Of a DNA stretch of 64,000 bases, positions 61,675-64,000 are shown piece after piece (position 1 is the first letter of the stretch; each line of letters starts with the position of its first letter). The DNA comes from Zygnema circumcarinatum SAG 698-1b (lineage: Eukaryota > Plantae > Zygnematophyceae): NCBI GenBank assembly GCA_037447605.1, contig CM074815.1, forward strand, positions 2,418,001 to 2,482,000, given 5' to 3'. The position numbers were made by a program, and so were the translations under genes. The notes under the pieces were generated by a model, which worked only from the letters and a program-made list of their open reading frames with translations, was not told the origin of the DNA and did no database searches.

Positions 61675-63692
61675 TCATGTCGATGGAACGGCCTTGTCGT
61701 AGTGGAAGTAGATTCCAAAATTGTGCATTTGTTGGTCGTATTCGACCTGAACTTGCATGCCCTCCAAGTCTGAACATGCACAAAACACAGAGGTGAGGTT
61801 AGTGAAACAATGAAACGTTACAGTCCTGTCGATTCCACAGCATGCGGCACAAGATTGAAACATCACTTTGTCCTTCTCTGCAACGTCTGCAATTGTTGTC
61901 TTGAAAATGGAAGAAGAGGATAACTATCTTACCGAGAGAAACGATCGTTTTTTGTGAGTCGCCCACCAAAGGAAACAGGTCTTCATCTGCATCTCTCGGC
62001 CTAAGTTTCTCTGCAATTGCTGCAATCAGTGTTGAAGCGGACTGATGGTAAAAATCCCCTGAATTCCGTGGTGATTGTTGAGTCGGGCTCCTTTGGGTAT
62101 TAGACGCACACAAATTCTGACTGCCGTTACTCCATGATCGAAACTGCTTATCTCCTACGATCCTGTCAGGCCCACCAGTTTGGGATCGAGCCTGCGATGA
62201 TGGATACGAATGTGATGCGTTCGGAGAGTTACCGCCTTTCCAATGTCGAACTTTTGGGGGAAGGCCGGGACTGCGACAGGACAAGGGACTGCCCTGAGGT
62301 GGAGATGTCGGGGAGCATGAGCTTTTCCGACTGAACCGGTCATGAGGGCTTCCTGAGAAAGCTTCCGCCAATTGGGGACTTGTCGGAGCGGACGGGGGAG
62401 ACGTTGGAAAATGGGGTACTTGTATCGATGAAAGTTCGCTTTGAGGGTTTCCAAGAGGAGATCTTGCGAGTAAAGTCGAGGCATGGGGAGACGGCGGTTT
62501 CATGCTGTGAAGAGAGATTTTTGAACGTGTTTGTATGTCGCCTTGATGCTGCTTGTGAAATTGTGGGTAAGAGTTCCATGTCCCATTGCCAAGTCGCTGG
62601 CTGCAGTGTCGTTGAATCCACGAATGAGCTGCAAGTAAAGGAGAACATCATGGGGAAATGTATGTCTTAGCAAACAGAAAAGAACAGAGAAAAGGGAGCA
62701 GAACCTACTTTTCCTAACGCTGTTTAAAACTCTGCCCGAAATGACAACAGCTTGCGAATACACCAGGTTGGGTGCTTCGTTTTAAGCGCACAAGTGTACC
62801 TTGAACCTCCTCTGGTGTTATCCTTTTTGTCGGATCTTTGCATAGCATTCGGCAGACGAGGTCTTTCGCCTGTGATGAAATGGCGCGCCACGGTCCCTTC
62901 TCGATATCAAAAACTCCGGTTTGAATCTTCATAAAGATATCCTTTGTTGTTTCACCAAAGAATGGGGGAACCCCACAAAGGAGTGTGTAGAAGATCACTC
63001 CCAAACTCCACATGTCCGCCTCGAGTCCATACGAACAGTTTAGAACCTCTGGTGCTATGTAGTACCTGCATCAGCACCCGAGGTTAAGGGTCAGGAACCG
63101 AAACGTGCCAACGAGTAAAGGGAAAATCATCCATCATAATCTGCCTCTTAGGGCTCGCTCTCGCGCCCATACCCGTTTCCTCCCTTTCCTCTCGAAACTT
63201 CCTCCTCTCCCTGCTTCTTAGTCCCTCTCCCTTCTTCCGCAGCGTCTCTCTGCCCACCTTCGCTCTATTCCCTTCCTCTTCCTCTTCGTTGGCCCTCCTC
63301 CCCCTTTCCCCCTCCCTTCTCCTCCTTCCCCACTCCTTCTTCCCTCCCTCCTCTCTCTACTCACCCTCCATCTCCTTCATTTCCCCCCAGACAACAAGGA
63401 AAGCTGGCACTCACTGTGTCCCCACTGGCTTGGTGAGCTTCACGCCTTCCGTAATGTAGACCGCCTGCCCGAAGTCGACCACCTTGACGTCGACATGTGA
63501 GCGCGTGGAAGTGAGCAGAATGTTCTCGGGCTTCAGGTCGCGGTGCATTATGCCCTTCTTGCCGCAGAGGCGCAGAAAGGACGCGAGGGAGAAGCAAATC
63601 TGCGCCGCGTCCTCCTCCGGAAAGCTCGTCCGCTGCTTGATCCGCTCGAAGAGGTCGCCGCCCTCGCAGAGCTCCATCATGATGTGCACGTT
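61675..63692 (-). CDS. PEPRK-like kinase, copy F, 5'-partial (exon 1 lies beyond the window end). Exons 63692-63415, 63065-62800, 62628-61933, 61769-61675
   Basis: [24 protein letters not shown]; 278-nt and 266-nt exons; long Ser/Pro-rich tail. Confidence 0.9.
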
Positions 63693-64000
63693 CTGCTCTC
63701 CAAGGAAAACCGAGAGAGTTGAACACCGGGGGACGGGGTTAAGATGTAATGTAGATTTTTTACAAGAGAGTTATTTCTTAGTCGCGATCATAGTTGCACT
63801 ATTCGCGTTTTTCTGCTTTCTATGCGTGGGATGGGTGACTTTCGACGAATGGATACTTCGCGTAAAGTTCGTACCTTTGCACCCTCCCTAATTTGGATTT
63901 TCCCCACTACTATCTCATAACCAAGTTCAACACTCACAATTCACTTTTAAATTTAGAGGACTTGAAAGGAGTTTGAAATTTAAAGATTTTCCACCTTCGG

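Overview
Gene-dense, intron-rich eukaryotic nuclear DNA (GT-AG introns of about 70-1000 nt, GC-rich promoter islands, three 10-N assembly gaps). The gene content (plant-type APY7 apyrase, PEPRK-like kinases, cyanobacterial-type DUF2993 proteins) points to a streptophyte, probably an alga or other non-seed plant; this is inference. Hand-built gene models: (1) six paralogous EF-hand-less CDPK-superfamily (PEPRK-like) Ser/Thr kinases, A-C on + and D-F on - (F lacks exon 1 in the window), all with the same 278-nt and 266-nt exons and a DFGQ motif; (2) three DUF2993/LmeA-like genes, one of them apparently fused behind signal peptide-DOMON-TM; (3) a probable Gdown1/POLR2M (GRINL1A) homolog, a Pol II subunit usually described as animal-specific; (4) EEF2KMT/FAM86, MCCA, an APY7-type apyrase and a METTL21-like methyltransferase. 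Non-coding features: two inverted copies of a ~143-bp hAT-type MITE, a duplicated ~150-175-bp element with conserved hairpins (candidate ncRNA), cis-element clusters and microsatellites. No tRNA, rRNA or CRISPR features were seen. Family calls rest on motifs recognised by eye; no database search was run.
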